From Craspedostauros australis (Eukaryota): a DNA stretch of 40,030 nucleotides. The notes beneath the pieces were generated by a model that was not told where the DNA came from, searched no databases, and saw only the letters and a program-made list of their open reading frames with translations. The first letter of the stretch is position 1; every line of letters starts with the position of its first letter. Position numbers and translations under genes: made by a program. This document shows, piece by piece, positions 12,297-24,372 of this stretch. The stretch spans positions 1-40,030 of the forward strand of contig JALAGF010003457.1 of NCBI GenBank assembly GCA_030167865.1. Direction: 5' to 3'.

Positions 12297-13404
12297 GGTG
12301 ATGTGTTGGTTGGAGTAGTTCCTGTTGCTGCTGTTGGTGGTGCGCTGTTAAAGGTAGTTAGTTATCCTTGTGCTTGTAGTCGCCTTTGAACTTGTCTGAT
12401 GGGTTGTCAACAATGATGGATTCTTGCCCGCTACACTATGTACCATACGTAAAGAAGGATGAAAGCTTGGCTGAGCATACGATAGTTGATGGTATGATGC
12501 TTGGGTGGGAAACAAGAAGGACGCGACGACTATGACGGTCAGCGATGTGCAGTTCGCGATCTTGGTGCCTTTCACTCGTGTCATTGTCGGTTGATTCGTT
12601 CTTGTTGACGTTGGTGTTGGTGGGCGATCATTGAATCGTGATTCATCGGTTGAACTGAAATGATTTAATATGAATGGCCGTTAAACGACCGTTACCACGA
12701 GTTTGTGCAAAGTTGGGTGAAGTTGATCCCACACACATCACACAACAGAACACAAAGAAGAGGAAGATCCCATGTTGATACCATGCCATTCCGATTGCGT
12801 CCATGTCTCATGCTCTGCATAGCCGCCTCTTGTGAGTATGCGAGGCAGAAGCTTTGATGGTGTGCAGTGACATGCTGAAGGCATTCTGCATTGAAAGTGA
12901 TTGTCGTCATGCCTTCGGATGGAATGGTGTGTACTAATACAACGCAATGCTCGTGCCACACGATGCCAAGATGATGGTTGAGCAATTGTGGAACGGCGAT
13001 TGACCGCAACAAACTAACAATACAAACAATCTGGTTGTGTCCACTGGCTTTCGCATCACACCTGGCTGTTGCTATGTATCGGTTTCTAATTGATGTTCAT
13101 TAAATAATTTGATTTACATATCGTCATGGTTGTTGTCTTGTTTGTGTTGTTGATGCTCATGTATTGCACCGTTCTGCTCATGGGCAAAATGAGGAAGTGC
13201 CGAACGGCCCTTCCCTGTGCTCACGTCTCTTCCCAATTCGCTGCCCAACGTGACGGCGCTAGTGCGGGGCAAGAATGAATGGGACATCAACGGCTCCCCA
13301 TTTCCCGTCGATGCACTCCATGATACAGATATAAAAGAGGGAGAGAGAGAAGAAAAGAGATTCGAGGATGAATATTCAATGCGACGCGACTTGAGAGAAG
13401 GTGC

Positions 13405-15091
13405 TTACTCCTCCTCGAGCTTTCCGCCCTTGTACATTTCCTTCTTGGCAAGGCCGACGGCCTCACGGCTGAACTTCCACATCTTCTTGGCGGTTGGCAG
13501 ATCGCGGACGGCATCGGACTGATCGTTCTCGAAGATCTCTCCACCGGAACCGCCGGCTCCAGTGAGGTCACCGTCCTTGTTGATGTAGGCGACCGTGTTG
13601 GCCTTGCCGTTCCAGCTCCAGTAGCGTCCGCTTCGGGTGCACTGTGGGTCGTCAACGACCTGCGCGAGGCGCTCGCCGGCTTCGACCTCGCTGACGTATC
13701 CTCCAGTGACGTACTTCATGAAGAGAGGGAAGATCTTTCGGAACCATTGTCGTTTCTCGCGGAAGAGGGCGGTCTCGGCGATGCAGCCTGGGTACATGCT
13801 AGAGAAGACGATGCCGGTATCCTTGTGGTATCTTCGGTCAAGCTCTGCGATGGTCATCATGTTGCAGACCTTGGAATCCTTGTACGCCTTGGCACCGTCG
13901 AAGCTCTTTCCATCGGCCATGGCGACCTTCTCCTTGGAAGCCTTCTCGAGTCCCTGGAGCTCTCCGAGGTCGGCGCGTGGGTAGACGAGTCCTCCTCCGA
14001 CGGTGTTGGTGTTTCCGGTGATGGAACCGACGATGACGCATCGGGCTCCCTTCGCCTTGGACATATCATCAAGGAGGAGGTTGACGAGGAGGAAATGTCC
14101 GAGGTGGTTGACTCCCATGGACATCTCGAAACCATCGTCGGTCCAGGTTGGGGTTTTGTCGGCTGGCTTGTAGACGGCGGCGTTGCACACGAGATGGGTC
14201 AGCGGGCGTGCAGACTTGAAGGCCTTGAGGTTGGCGACGAAATCCCGGACGCTCTGCAAAGAAGCGAGCTCCAATTTCATGACGGTGTAGGAATTTTCTG
14301 GCATGCCGATGTCCTTGGCGACTGGTGATGTCGTTGGTGATTTATTTGCATTTTTCGTTTGTTGAGCGCGTCGATGTTGTTCATGTCGAGGTGATGGTGA
14401 TGGAATCGTTGCCGATCAACGAAAGAATCAACCAATCAACCAACCAAAAATAGGAGGGTTGGGTCGAAATCAATTGTGCACAAAGTCGGCAGTGCAGCAA
14501 TTGATTTACAGATGGTTCCAAGACGGAGAGGAAAGTTGCAGAGCAAGAAAAGCAGGATTTGAGCGCGCAGTCAGTAATCGAACAAACCAAAATGCAAAGG
14601 CGAAAAAACAAACTTAATCAGGTGGCGACGGCGGAGGCAACGACGACCATGTGGAATAGAGCACGAGTTGGCACATGACAAAGACAAATCCGTTATGCAT
14701 TCAAGATGGCCGAGCACCCGTACGTACCTTGCTTGCCCTTCTCGACGTTGCGGCAGGCCATGACGACGAAGTACTTGCCGGTCTTGGCAAGAGTGGCAGC
14801 GCAGTTGAGTCCGAGACCGGAGGATGCTCCGGTGACGACCACGAGCTTGCGCAGACCGATCTTGACTCCTCCGAGGACCTTTGGGGTCTCCTTGGCCTCT
14901 GGGAAGTAGTACTTGTCCTGCAGCTGGGCATCCTGGAGGATGGCGGACAGCTGGGTGCAGGACTGGGCGGCTGGTGCTGGGGCGAGGGCGGCCGACGATG
15001 TCGCCTGCCTCTGGGCGATTCCATTGTGGGTGGACAGAGGGGCAAAGGCCGCCGCCGCTGTGATGAGCGAAGCGAGTGTGAAGAAGCGCAT
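13405..15091 (-). CDS. POR: Light-dependent NADPH:protochlorophyllide oxidoreductase, plastid-targeted, 426 aa
   Basis: Exons 15091-14728 and 14321-13405; phase-1 intron 14727-14322 (GTACGT...CAG, 406 bp). Signal peptide with AAA-FAP (ASAFAP-type) cleavage motif; VTGASSGLG Rossmann motif, CNAAVY, NHLGHFLL, GSITGN, catalytic YKDSK, YPGCIAET.LFR. Confidence 0.97.
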
Positions 15092-16554
15092 CTTTGGCGA
15101 TCGGTGCGATGGGTGTTTGCTTGATGGGTGGGTGGATTGCTCAGCTGCTGCTTTCGAGAAAGGTGTGGCAGATGTTATGGCAGGTGGGCGAGATGCACGA
15201 GGATGGCACAGAGAGTTGTTGATGTTGAGATGCTGGACGGATCGCGACCAGTGCGTACTCGTAGATCGAGTACTTCAGGTGATGTCTTCGTATCCTCCGT
15301 GCGTTTTGGGTTGAGTTGGCCGGCAAGACAGCGCACTTTTTTCTCAATTTGTTGGTTGCCTGGTGCCTGGTCGGTTGTTGTTTTCGCTGACGCCGAGGTT
15401 TCGGATCCACGCTCTGCCGCTGGTTTGAGACACGTTGGTGCGTTGTTCTTGCGCGTTCGAGGTGTCAGTCTTCGTGATCTGACTCACACATGTGCAAAAT
15501 TCAAACGAGAAAACTCCGTGTCTTTGGTGTGATGGAGACCCTGTTCATCCTCTTCGCCTTCGAAACAAAGCATCCACCAATTGCCTCCACCTCGTGGAAC
15601 AGCCGAAGAACGCTTCTCTCCACCAATCAGCGCGCACATCTTGATGTCCCGTTTCCGGGTTATCGGGCATCTTCAACAAAGAGATCTGCTCATTGGCCAA
15701 TCCATCCACTTGGAACAATTCAACATGACGAAATCAGGGTCTATCTTAGCTCTTTCGTTGACAAGTGGTTGGACTCAACGGACCGTATACTTCGACCAGA
15801 CAGACTTGATGGGTCTTGGATGACTCAGGCTTTCTCGCACAAGAGAACGCAACGCAGCTATGACTTTATCTCTAGCATGTATTTCTGTTGGTGTTAACGT
15901 ATTTAATTGATACAATGACGTTTCAACGCTCGAGCGAAAATATGTCACGAACACACCAGAAGTGCGGAGATCCATTCGTGCAGAGGCGTTTCGACACGAG
16001 TGGAATCCAACACACGAAACAAGAAGAACAAGAACAAAACGCGTGAACACGGCGTGGGCATGACAGCACACATGTCACGCACAGCGTGTTGTGTGTGCTC
16101 TGTTCGTCGCAAGAGAGAAGGCACAAGAACACGAAGACATCGAACTTCACCCTCGCGACACAAACAGTCTGGCAACAAATCAGAAGGACACACAACAAAG
16201 CAATTCAAGGTATCAAAGCAACAAAGCAACAAGGTCTGCAGCATTTAGCACCAAGTACAGTATAGCAGAGCATCAGCAGAGCATTAGCAGAACCCATCTT
16301 GATCGATTCCAAGGAACGAGAGACGCACCCAGAGATACAACACGAAAGACCTTGGGAAGTGAAAGAAGAAGCAAGCGAGACGCAGGAATACCATCTGCAG
16401 CGAAACACAAGTCAAGACACAAGATTCGAGAGAAGGCGAACAATCCGCATCACGTCAATTTCAGCACATTTCAGCACCAACCAGCTGCAACGCACAACAG
16501 AACAGATCCACACGACAGCCACACGACAGCACACCACACCACACCATCCCCAAC

Positions 16555-18820
16555 ATGACAGCAGGTGCACCCATGATTAACGGATCCGCCGGCGGCGTCC
16601 CGGCAGGCCCAATGGCTGGTCAACAGCAGCAGCAGCAGCCAAAGAGCCGCCTTCGCGCCAAACCAGAAGATACGGCCCGACACATTACGGTACGTCCATT
16701 CGCATTCATGTCAGCACAATTGTAGCAAGCAAATGCTAGCAAAAATATGCATTTCCGTTGCATTACTTGGTGGTTCAAACATCCTTGGCATGTTCCTCCC
16801 CCCACACACATTTCGTACGCGCATCGAAGGGCGTTGTTGTCTTTCCTCGTAATTCCTTGTTCATTCTCCACTGTTTCCGTTTCCGTTTCATGACCGTATC
16901 CGCATATCGCATCAATTCTCATCTCAATCATCTCCCACCACAATTTGCTTTGCCTCTCCTGCTCTTGTGCTGCTTCGTTCTGCCTCCAATGGCCTGCAAT
17001 CAACGCCATATTCTGGAACTCGCGCATCCTGCAATCCAAACGAAATGCAATATCAACGCGCGCGACCACACCTACGATCACAAACCTAAATCCATCGCAT
17101 CCCCATCTAACGTCTGCACTTGTATTTACGTTTGCATTTGCGTTTGCACTCGACGGATGAACGGATGCGGGTACGAATGCATGAATTCCATTGCGCAATA
17201 CTTGCCATGGAAAACGCTCGGCGCTCTCACCACCACGTTCCATTCGACCATGACGAAACACCACGATGGACCATTAATCACCGCTAATTTCAATTGCAGG
17301 TGTCGGACCCCGTCCAACATTCGGAGGGAATGAACAAGTACACATCGTACCGTGTCGATGTGCGACCGCAAGGACAGACCGATCTGACAACCACCCAGGT
17401 CTTCAGCGCGGTCCTTCGTCGCTACAGCGACTTCATCTGGCTGTCCGACAAGCTCCATCAGGAAAGAGCGGGTGCCATCATCCCACCGCTCCCAGATAAA
17501 CAGCCCGTCGGTCGCTTCTCTCCTCAATTCGTGGAAGACCGAAGGCGCGGACTCGAACGATTCCTGCGACGCGTTGCTGTGCACCCAGAGTTGCAGGGTG
17601 CAATGTGCCTCGATACATTCCTGAAGGCCGATGACGTCACATTTCAGGCCGCCAAGCACTCCAAGGGAAATGCCACCGCCATGTCCGGCAGCATGATGAT
17701 GGGAAATGCCGGCCAGCCGCAGATGGGGCCCAACGGTCAGCTCATGATGACGCATCCACCGCAACCCGTGGCATCGACCGCCAAGCCGGGCTTCAAGCGT
17801 TGGTTTGCAGAAACCAAGACTAGCATCTCCGGCGACTTGGTGCGATCACCTGACGACGAGCTGTTCGAGGAGATCAACCGATACGTCCATGGTCTCGACA
17901 CTCAGATGAAGAACGTGTCGCAGCAGGCAACCACGCTCGTTCGCAAGGGCAAGGAAATCTCGAACGGCCTTTTCGAATTCGGCCTCGCGTTTGACTTGCT
18001 GGGTCAGTCGGAAGCTGATGCGCTCGGCGATGCGTTGTCGAAGATGGGACAAACCGCGGACCGTCTCAGCGTCCTCAGTGCGGAGCACGCGGATCAGGAG
18101 ACAAGCCAGTTTGACGAGCCATTGGCGGACACCATCAAGACGATCCAGTCGGTCAAGCTGTCTCTCCAGAAGAGACACGATAAGCGTCTCACCTACTCCA
18201 CAGCGTTGAAGACTGTCGAGTCCAAGCAACACCAGCTCGCCAAGCTCCGAGCACAGATGGGCATGGAGGCGAAGGCGTACAGCGTGGAGATGTCGTTGCG
18301 CAGGGCGCAGGAGGCGGCCCAGCTTGCCCAGAACGATTTCACCACCGTGTCGCAGCGAGTCCTCCGCGAAGTCGATCGCTTCAAGAGGGACATGGCAGAA
18401 GATATGCGCGCAGTCGTGCTCAACTACATCCACATGCAGGTTGAGTACAACAAGCGCATGGAGCAGATATGGTCCACCCTCATCCCTCAGTTGGAGCAGG
18501 TCCAGCTCGACCAAGCTTCCACCGCCGCGGGCGACAACAGCAACAGTGCCGGCGGTGCCGTTGTCAGCGCAACTGCAAATGCCAATGCCGGCAGCGTCGC
18601 CCCTGCCCCAGGCTACGCTCCTCCACCTATCCCACCAGGCCAACAGCAGCAGCAGCAACCGCAAATCCATTCGCAGCCCATGGTGCCAAACCCTCAGGCC
18701 CCCATGGGGCAGATGGGAATTCCTCAGCAGCAGCCAAATGCCGCCATGCTCGGTGTTCCGCAGGGACAGGCCGGCAACATCTCTATCCAATACCGTCAGC
18801 CACCGGCACAGGCGTTGTAA
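16555..18820 (+). CDS. PX-BAR sorting nexin (SNX1/Vps5-like), about 551 aa
   Basis: Exon 1 16555-16689 (MTAGAPM..ARHIT; not in ORF track); phase-0 intron 16690-17299 (GTACGT...gCTAAT...TTGCAG, 610 bp); exon 2 17300-18820. PX motifs HITVSDP, RRYSDF, IPPLPDK, RRRGLERFL, followed by a helical BAR/Vps5 region ending REVDRFK. Confidence 0.92.
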
Positions 18821-19145
18821 GGCAGTGACATATTCACTCCGTCGAAATCGGTCTTTGGCACCACAACACTTCGATTCCTTGAAACAACCGAACAAACAGA
18901 CATATTATATTCTAAATTATTATTCAACCACAAATGCACCAACAGAGCCATCAATAACGCTGCAGAGTACTGTACTCTGGTGCGCTTCTTCGCCTGTTGT
19001 TCCGTCGCAGATCTCATCGTGTTCATTATCCGCTTTCATCGTCGTGTCGTTGCCAAGATCCATGGAGATCTCACGGCCACATTCACCACGTGTAGCATCA
19101 GCACCCATCGCGCCCCGCATGCTGCAGGCTTGTCAACTACCAGGA

Positions 19146-19174
19146 TGCTATGCTATGCTATGCTATGCTATGCT
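19146..19174. repeat. (ATGCT)n pentanucleotide microsatellite
   Basis: About 6 consecutive atgct units are visible. Confidence 0.9.
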
Positions 19175-20286
19175 GCGGTACAGTATGCGAAGCGCAAAGG
19201 CGGATGGTGAAGGAACCCGACGAGATCCAGGACTGGAAAATGGCGCGAAACGAAGCGACTCAAATTAGCGTGTCCTACTATGTCACTACAATAGTGTGTC
19301 CGAATAGTTGGAAAACAAAGTGTGTCCCGAATGCACATTCGTTCAAACAACAAACTGACATGCATCAACAAATGATCATCCAGACAGACAGACACATGAA
19401 ACGTACATACTGACAGACAACACCACGGTTGTATGGACAGACGTAAATGGTGGCGCGAGTGGAGAAGCCTCACTACGAAGTGAAGATAGATCGGCACGGC
19501 CCTACTCCAAAGAGACAAGACACACCCAATCTAGTATACAATTACACTCTGCACATTCTTCAATACTTCTACTCGTAGCTCGTCCGTGCGCAAGGAAGCG
19601 CGCATGCGTGGTCTCGAACAGAACGAGCGACTCACAGTTGATCACGTAGCCTTGTTTCTGTGAGAATGAACGCGAGTGGCTCTACTGCTGTTGCTGCCTG
19701 GACGAGTGAAGGCCGCGACCACCGTGCATACGTGCAATGGAATGCGATGCCAATCTTTACCGCGGTATCGTTGTCCTTATCATCATTTCCATTTTGCTAT
19801 CGTGTTTTATTGTGTTGTGTGTACGTGTTATGTGTGGGTGTGTGTTGTGCTTTGTGTTGTGTGCGATCCCGACAGGCCGATAGGACTTCCTAAGACACCA
19901 TCGCTCTGTTTGGATTCTACGTACGAGTATGTGAGGACGTATGGATTGTGACCGAGATCTCAGACGATCATTGGTTGGCAGTGCTGCTGCAATGCTACAT
20001 GACGTCGCTGTTTGCGACGGGAGTGAATGGGCCGGCCAACTGATGCATCAACCAACCAACCGATTGACCGATGAATGCATCGGCACTAAGTGCCGCATCA
20101 ACAGTGGGAGAGTGTCCCTCGTGCGGATCTCTGGCAGAATACTCAAAGCCATTGCCACCTTCGCCACCGTAGCTGCAGCCACCGTATGAAGATAACGATC
20201 ACGATCACAATCGTGACCATTACAATTGCAATCGTCATTGCCGCTCATCTGCGGTTGCAAAACATGACCAAACCTTGTGTCTGATC

Positions 20287-23200
20287 CTACTCCTCTTCTC
20301 CTGAAGAATAGTCTTCCTCCTCCCCTTCGCTCCCTTCCTCTATGGCTTCGCTATGCAGGCTGACAGGGCCCGGCTTCCAAGGCGCCTCGATCTTTCTGTC
20401 TCTTAACTTCTTCATGTCGCAGTACCGGAACCATTTGTGGTCCAGGATGTCCTTCTCTCGGAATGTTCCGAGCCGCTGATTAGGATCCTTCTCCAGCAAC
20501 CGATCGATGAGGTCGAGGGATTCCTTGGAGGTCTTTGCCTCAACCGGGTAGTAGGTGTCGTTGCAGATGCTTTCGAACAGCGCCATCTGGTCCATACCCT
20601 CGTAGAAGAATGGATTTTCTCCTTCGATGAGCTCGTAAATGAGCACGCCGAGACTCCAGTTGTCGGCGCTGATGCCGTGGCCACGGTTGGCGACGATCTC
20701 GGGCGGGAGGTAGTTGGGCGTGCCGCAGAACGTGAAGGTCTTGTCGGTGACGCGCTTTGTGAAGCCAAAGTCCGTGAGCACGGGGTATCCATCCTTGTCG
20801 ATGAGGATGTTTTCTGGCTTGAGATCTCGGAAGACGTACTTCCTGCGGTGCATGAAGGCCAGGGTGTCGGCCACGATGACGGAATAGAACCTGCCCTTCT
20901 TCTCTCCGATGCCCGAGACCCAATTCTCCGACTCATCCTGATGATGGATGATGTCAAAGAGCTCCCCTCCTGGCGCGAGACTGAGCAGCATGGATATCGA
21001 TTTTTCCTCCTCGAACACATTCATGACTTCGATGATGAAGGGGTAGGATAGGTGGCGCATCATCTTGATCTCCGATCGGATGTCCGCAACTGCGTTCGGT
21101 CGGTGAGGGTCACTGGTCTGCTGTATTTTGAGGGCAAACGGTTCCGGATCCGACGCTTTCTTGTTCGTCACCAGCCAGACCTTGCCGAACAATCCTTCTC
21201 CGAGCACGCGGTGCTTTTGGAGATCCGACAGCTGAACCTCCTCATCTTCGACCTCCTCGTTCACCTCCGTGAGCTTGTGACTCATGACGGTGCGGAACTC
21301 CTGGAGGGTGAGCAGCCCGCACACGGTCTCCTCCATCGTGACGGCGGTGCATTTCGCCTTGACCTTTTGCGGGATGGGCGCCAGCGGATTCTTTGGTTTG
21401 GCCAACAGGAACTCGTCTCCGAAGTAACCGCCGGCAGTGATGATGTCCTCCTTTCCGTCTCGGGTTGTGAGCTTCACGCGGCCACGACGCACCATGTACA
21501 GGCTCGGACCCGTCTCCGTGTCTCTGTAGAACAAGTGACGGTCCTTGCGGTACTTGATCTCCGATACCTGACGGACCAAGGTGTCGAGCTCAATATCCGT
21601 GGGTTCTTCCGCCTTGATGGCCTTGACCTTGGACAGAGTCTGTTTGTCCATCGATTTGACGGCAAGGCGTGCGATGTTGCCAAAGATCTTTTCGAAAGTC
21701 TCCCTGTCGATCGTCAAGGCTTCGCCATCCGTAAGAGCCACGACGTTGGACATGGACGACTCTGGTTTGGCCAAAGAGTCGGCACCGAACGAACCACCTG
21801 GTCCGATCTTGGCCTTCTTGTTGCCGCTTCCTGTGTCAGTGGCCTGGACGGATCCTCTTTGGATGAGGCAGAATGGAGTCTTTTTGAATGTGTCTCCCAG
21901 GAGCTCGCCCTTGTGGAACTTGTGCGGTGTCATGGCCGCGCTCAGCTGCTTGAGATCGTACTCGTCGACCTGCTGGAAGAACGGCACGCTCTTGAGGAGC
22001 TTGGTGCGCTCGTCTTCGTTGCGCAGCGTGGATGCCTTCATGATGTGACGGAAGTTCGTGTTGCCCACACGGAAGAGGACCGTGTCGCTGCGTTCCGACT
22101 TGACGGAGGCATTGCGTGGCATGGAGTACACGAGCGCCGAGTCGCCGAAGGTCTCGCCCTTCTGGCCCGTGCCGACCTTCTCGCCGTTGACGTTGAAGCT
22201 GACCTCTCCGTCCTGGATGACGTAGAAGAAGACCCCGCGGTCGCCCTGCTCGACGATGGTCTCGCCCTGGTCGTATTGCACCTTCTCGAATGCATCCAGC
22301 AGAGGCGCCAGGTCGGACTCTGGCAGGTTCTTGAACATGAAGTTGTCCTCGATCGATCTTCGGATGAGCTTTTTGTCTTCGAATGATTTTTCGTGGATGG
22401 GTGCCTCGAAGGGCTGGCTTTCGTCGAGCTTGGATGCGCACAGGTTCTGCAGCTTGATGGGGTGCGTCTGTCGCTTCATGCTCTTTGATGACGCCGGTTG
22501 CTGTGTCTTTTTGCCATCCCATGCCCCCTTCAGCGTGGAGAGTTGAGGAGCAGGATCGATCTTGGGCTGCTTCTGCTTGGTCTTGGGTGTGTTTGATGGT
22601 GGCACAGAAGCGGCGGCGGCTGCGGCTGCCTTGGCTTTCGCAAGTTGCTTTTCCTCCTTTTTCCGTTGCTTTTCTGCCTTGTCCTCCTTCTTTTTCTTCT
22701 TGGCCTTGGCTTCTGCTGCTAACCGCGCCTTTTCTTCGGCCGCTTCCTTCTTGGCCTTGGCTTCTGCCGCTATCCGCGCCTTTTCTTCGGCTGCTTCCTT
22801 CTTGGCCTTTTCGTCTGCCAACCGCTTGGCCTCGGCCTCCTCACGAGCCTTCTTCTCTTCTGCTAGCCTCATCTCTTCGGCAGCCTTGGCCTCCTTGCGC
22901 GCCTGTTCCTCCGCCAGGCGTTCTGCCTTCTCCTGAGCCAACCGCTTGGCCTCTGCCTCCGCCGCCAGTCGCTCTGACTTTTCTTGCGCCAGCCTCTTGG
23001 CCTCGGCTTCTGCTTCGGCCTCCTTGCGTGCCTGCTCTTGAGCCGCCAATCGTTTTGCCTCCGCCTCCTTGCGTGCCTTCTCTTCTGCAAGTCTCTTCTG
23101 CTCGGCCTCCTTGCGTGCCTTTTCTTCCGCAAGCCTCTTCTGTTCGGCTTCCTTGCGTGACTTTTCTTCTGCAAGTCTCTTCTGCTCAGCCTCCTTCCTC

Positions 23201-24345
23201 GCACGGTCCTCAGCAAGCCTGGTGGCCTCCTGCTCGGCCTCCTTGCGTGCCTGCTCCTCCGCTAACCTCATGGCGTCCGCCTGCTTGGCCTTTTCGGCTT
23301 CCTCCCGCTGCCGTCTGGCTTCCGCGATGGCCGCGGCTGCTTCCGCCTTGGCTTCATCTTCGGCACGTCGCTGGGCTGCCGCTGCGGCCGCCTCCTGCTC
23401 GGCCCGGTTCTTCGCCTTGAGGTCTTCCGCCGTGAGATCCGCAGAGGAAGTGGAATCCATCATGGATCCGTTGGACTTGTTGGCCAGGGAGCCGAAGGAT
23501 TGATGCGACAGCGAACCGAAGGAGCTGTGATTGGAGAGCGAGGCATATGAATCGTTGGCATCTCGCTTGCTGACTCGCTTCAAACGACGACCGGACTCGG
23601 GCTGCGGGGCGCCATCGCCATCGCCCTCCACTGGAAGCTCCGCGATGGAATCTGCGGAGGTCGAGGAGGACGCCGGCTTTGATTTGGGCTTTCCTTTTGG
23701 CTTGGATGACTTTTTGAGGTTGCGCTTGGAGCTGCCGGAGGAGGCTGTCTGGAAGGGCGACCTGGCCTCTCTGGATCCCCAGGCATTCTTGACCTTGGAA
23801 AAGCCGGCGGCGTCGGCGGACGCCTTGCCTGCGCTGGGTTGGCTGGATGCGGAGTCGGTGGAGTCCGTCTTTTTGATGTCTAGGAACGTGTCCATGGAGG
23901 AGAGGACCGAGGTCCTGCGCGCCGGCGACTTGGATCTCTTGTCCTTGGTCGTTCGGAGCTGCCTCGATGAGGTTGTGATGGAGGATGTGGAGGTGGATTG
24001 GCCGCCGTTGGGAGCGCGCTTCAAGGTTGCGCGTGGCGTGGAGGCCTTGGACGTGTTCTCCTTGCCGGATTTGGTGGCGGCGGCGTCATCAGCTGCAGCA
24101 TCCTTCTTCTTGTGCGATGATCGCTTGGATGCCGACTTTTTTGATTTGGGCTTTGGTTCGTCCTTCTTCTCTTCTGGCTGCACGTAGGAGTCCTCGATCA
24201 TGATCATGCCGCCCCTGAGGTGGATCTCCTTGCGCACCTTGACCAGACCATTGACCAGGGTTTTCTTCGTTTCCTTGACCTTGGTGATGATGGAGCCTTC
24301 GTACTCCTTGCCGACGGCGAGCCGGTCATCACCAGCGGCTGTCAT
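20287..24345 (-). CDS. cGMP-dependent protein kinase-like AGC kinase: low-complexity N-terminus, E/A/K/R repeat stalk, three cyclic-nucleotide-binding-like domains, kinase domain; 1352 aa
   Basis: Single ATG-to-TAG ORF. Kinase motifs LGEGLFGKV, ALK, FRDLKPEN, DFG, TFCGTPNYLPPE, DNWSLG and AGC tail IEAPWKP. Three CNB-like units: EQGDRG..FYVIQDG..FGDSAL..PRNASV; IQRG..FGADSL; LYMVRRG..YFGDEFL. Confidence 0.93.
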   Translation of the reverse strand: MTAAGDDRLAVGKEYEGSIITKVKETKKTLVNGLVKVRKEIHLRGGMIMIEDSYVQPEEKKDEPKPKSKKSASKRSSHKKKDAAADDAAATKSGKENTSKASTPRATLKRAPNGGQSTSTSSITTSSRQLRTTKDKRSKSPARRTSVLSSMDTFLDIKKTDSTDSASSQPSAGKASADAAGFSKVKNAWGSREARSPFQTASSGSSKRNLKKSSKPKGKPKSKPASSSTSADSIAELPVEGDGDGAPQPESGRRLKRVSKRDANDSYASLSNHSSFGSLSHQSFGSLANKSNGSMMDSTSSADLTAEDLKAKNRAEQEAAAAAAQRRAEDEAKAEAAAAIAEARRQREEAEKAKQADAMRLAEEQARKEAEQEATRLAEDRARKEAEQKRLAEEKSRKEAEQKRLAEEKARKEAEQKRLAEEKARKEAEAKRLAAQEQARKEAEAEAEAKRLAQEKSERLAAEAEAKRLAQEKAERLAEEQARKEAKAAEEMRLAEEKKAREEAEAKRLADEKAKKEAAEEKARIAAEAKAKKEAAEEKARLAAEAKAKKKKKEDKAEKQRKKEEKQLAKAKAAAAAAASVPPSNTPKTKQKQPKIDPAPQLSTLKGAWDGKKTQQPASSKSMKRQTHPIKLQNLCASKLDESQPFEAPIHEKSFEDKKLIRRSIEDNFMFKNLPESDLAPLLDAFEKVQYDQGETIVEQGDRGVFFYVIQDGEVSFNVNGEKVGTGQKGETFGDSALVYSMPRNASVKSERSDTVLFRVGNTNFRHIMKASTLRNEDERTKLLKSVPFFQQVDEYDLKQLSAAMTPHKFHKGELLGDTFKKTPFCLIQRGSVQATDTGSGNKKAKIGPGGSFGADSLAKPESSMSNVVALTDGEALTIDRETFEKIFGNIARLAVKSMDKQTLSKVKAIKAEEPTDIELDTLVRQVSEIKYRKDRHLFYRDTETGPSLYMVRRGRVKLTTRDGKEDIITAGGYFGDEFLLAKPKNPLAPIPQKVKAKCTAVTMEETVCGLLTLQEFRTVMSHKLTEVNEEVEDEEVQLSDLQKHRVLGEGLFGKVWLVTNKKASDPEPFALKIQQTSDPHRPNAVADIRSEIKMMRHLSYPFIIEVMNVFEEEKSISMLLSLAPGGELFDIIHHQDESENWVSGIGEKKGRFYSVIVADTLAFMHRRKYVFRDLKPENILIDKDGYPVLTDFGFTKRVTDKTFTFCGTPNYLPPEIVANRGHGISADNWSLGVLIYELIEGENPFFYEGMDQMALFESICNDTYYPVEAKTSKESLDLIDRLLEKDPNQRLGTFREKDILDHKWFRYCDMKKLRDRKIEAPWKPGPVSLHSEAIEEGSEGEEEDYSSGEEE
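23065..23190 (-). repeat. Coding 42-bp tandem repeat (14-aa unit AEQKRLAEEKARKE), three near-perfect copies within a longer degenerate array
   Basis: ctccttgcgtgccttytcttcygcaagyctcttctgytcrgc recurs at 23065, 23107 and 23149 with mostly synonymous differences. Confidence 0.85.
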
Positions 24346-24372
24346 GTTGTGTGTTCTGCGTTGTGCCCACTG

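Noticed and set aside
11079..18820. VAMP7 and sorting nexin as a functional endosomal gene cluster
   Set aside because: They are separated by the unrelated POR gene and no shared regulatory motif was seen; proximity is plausibly chance.
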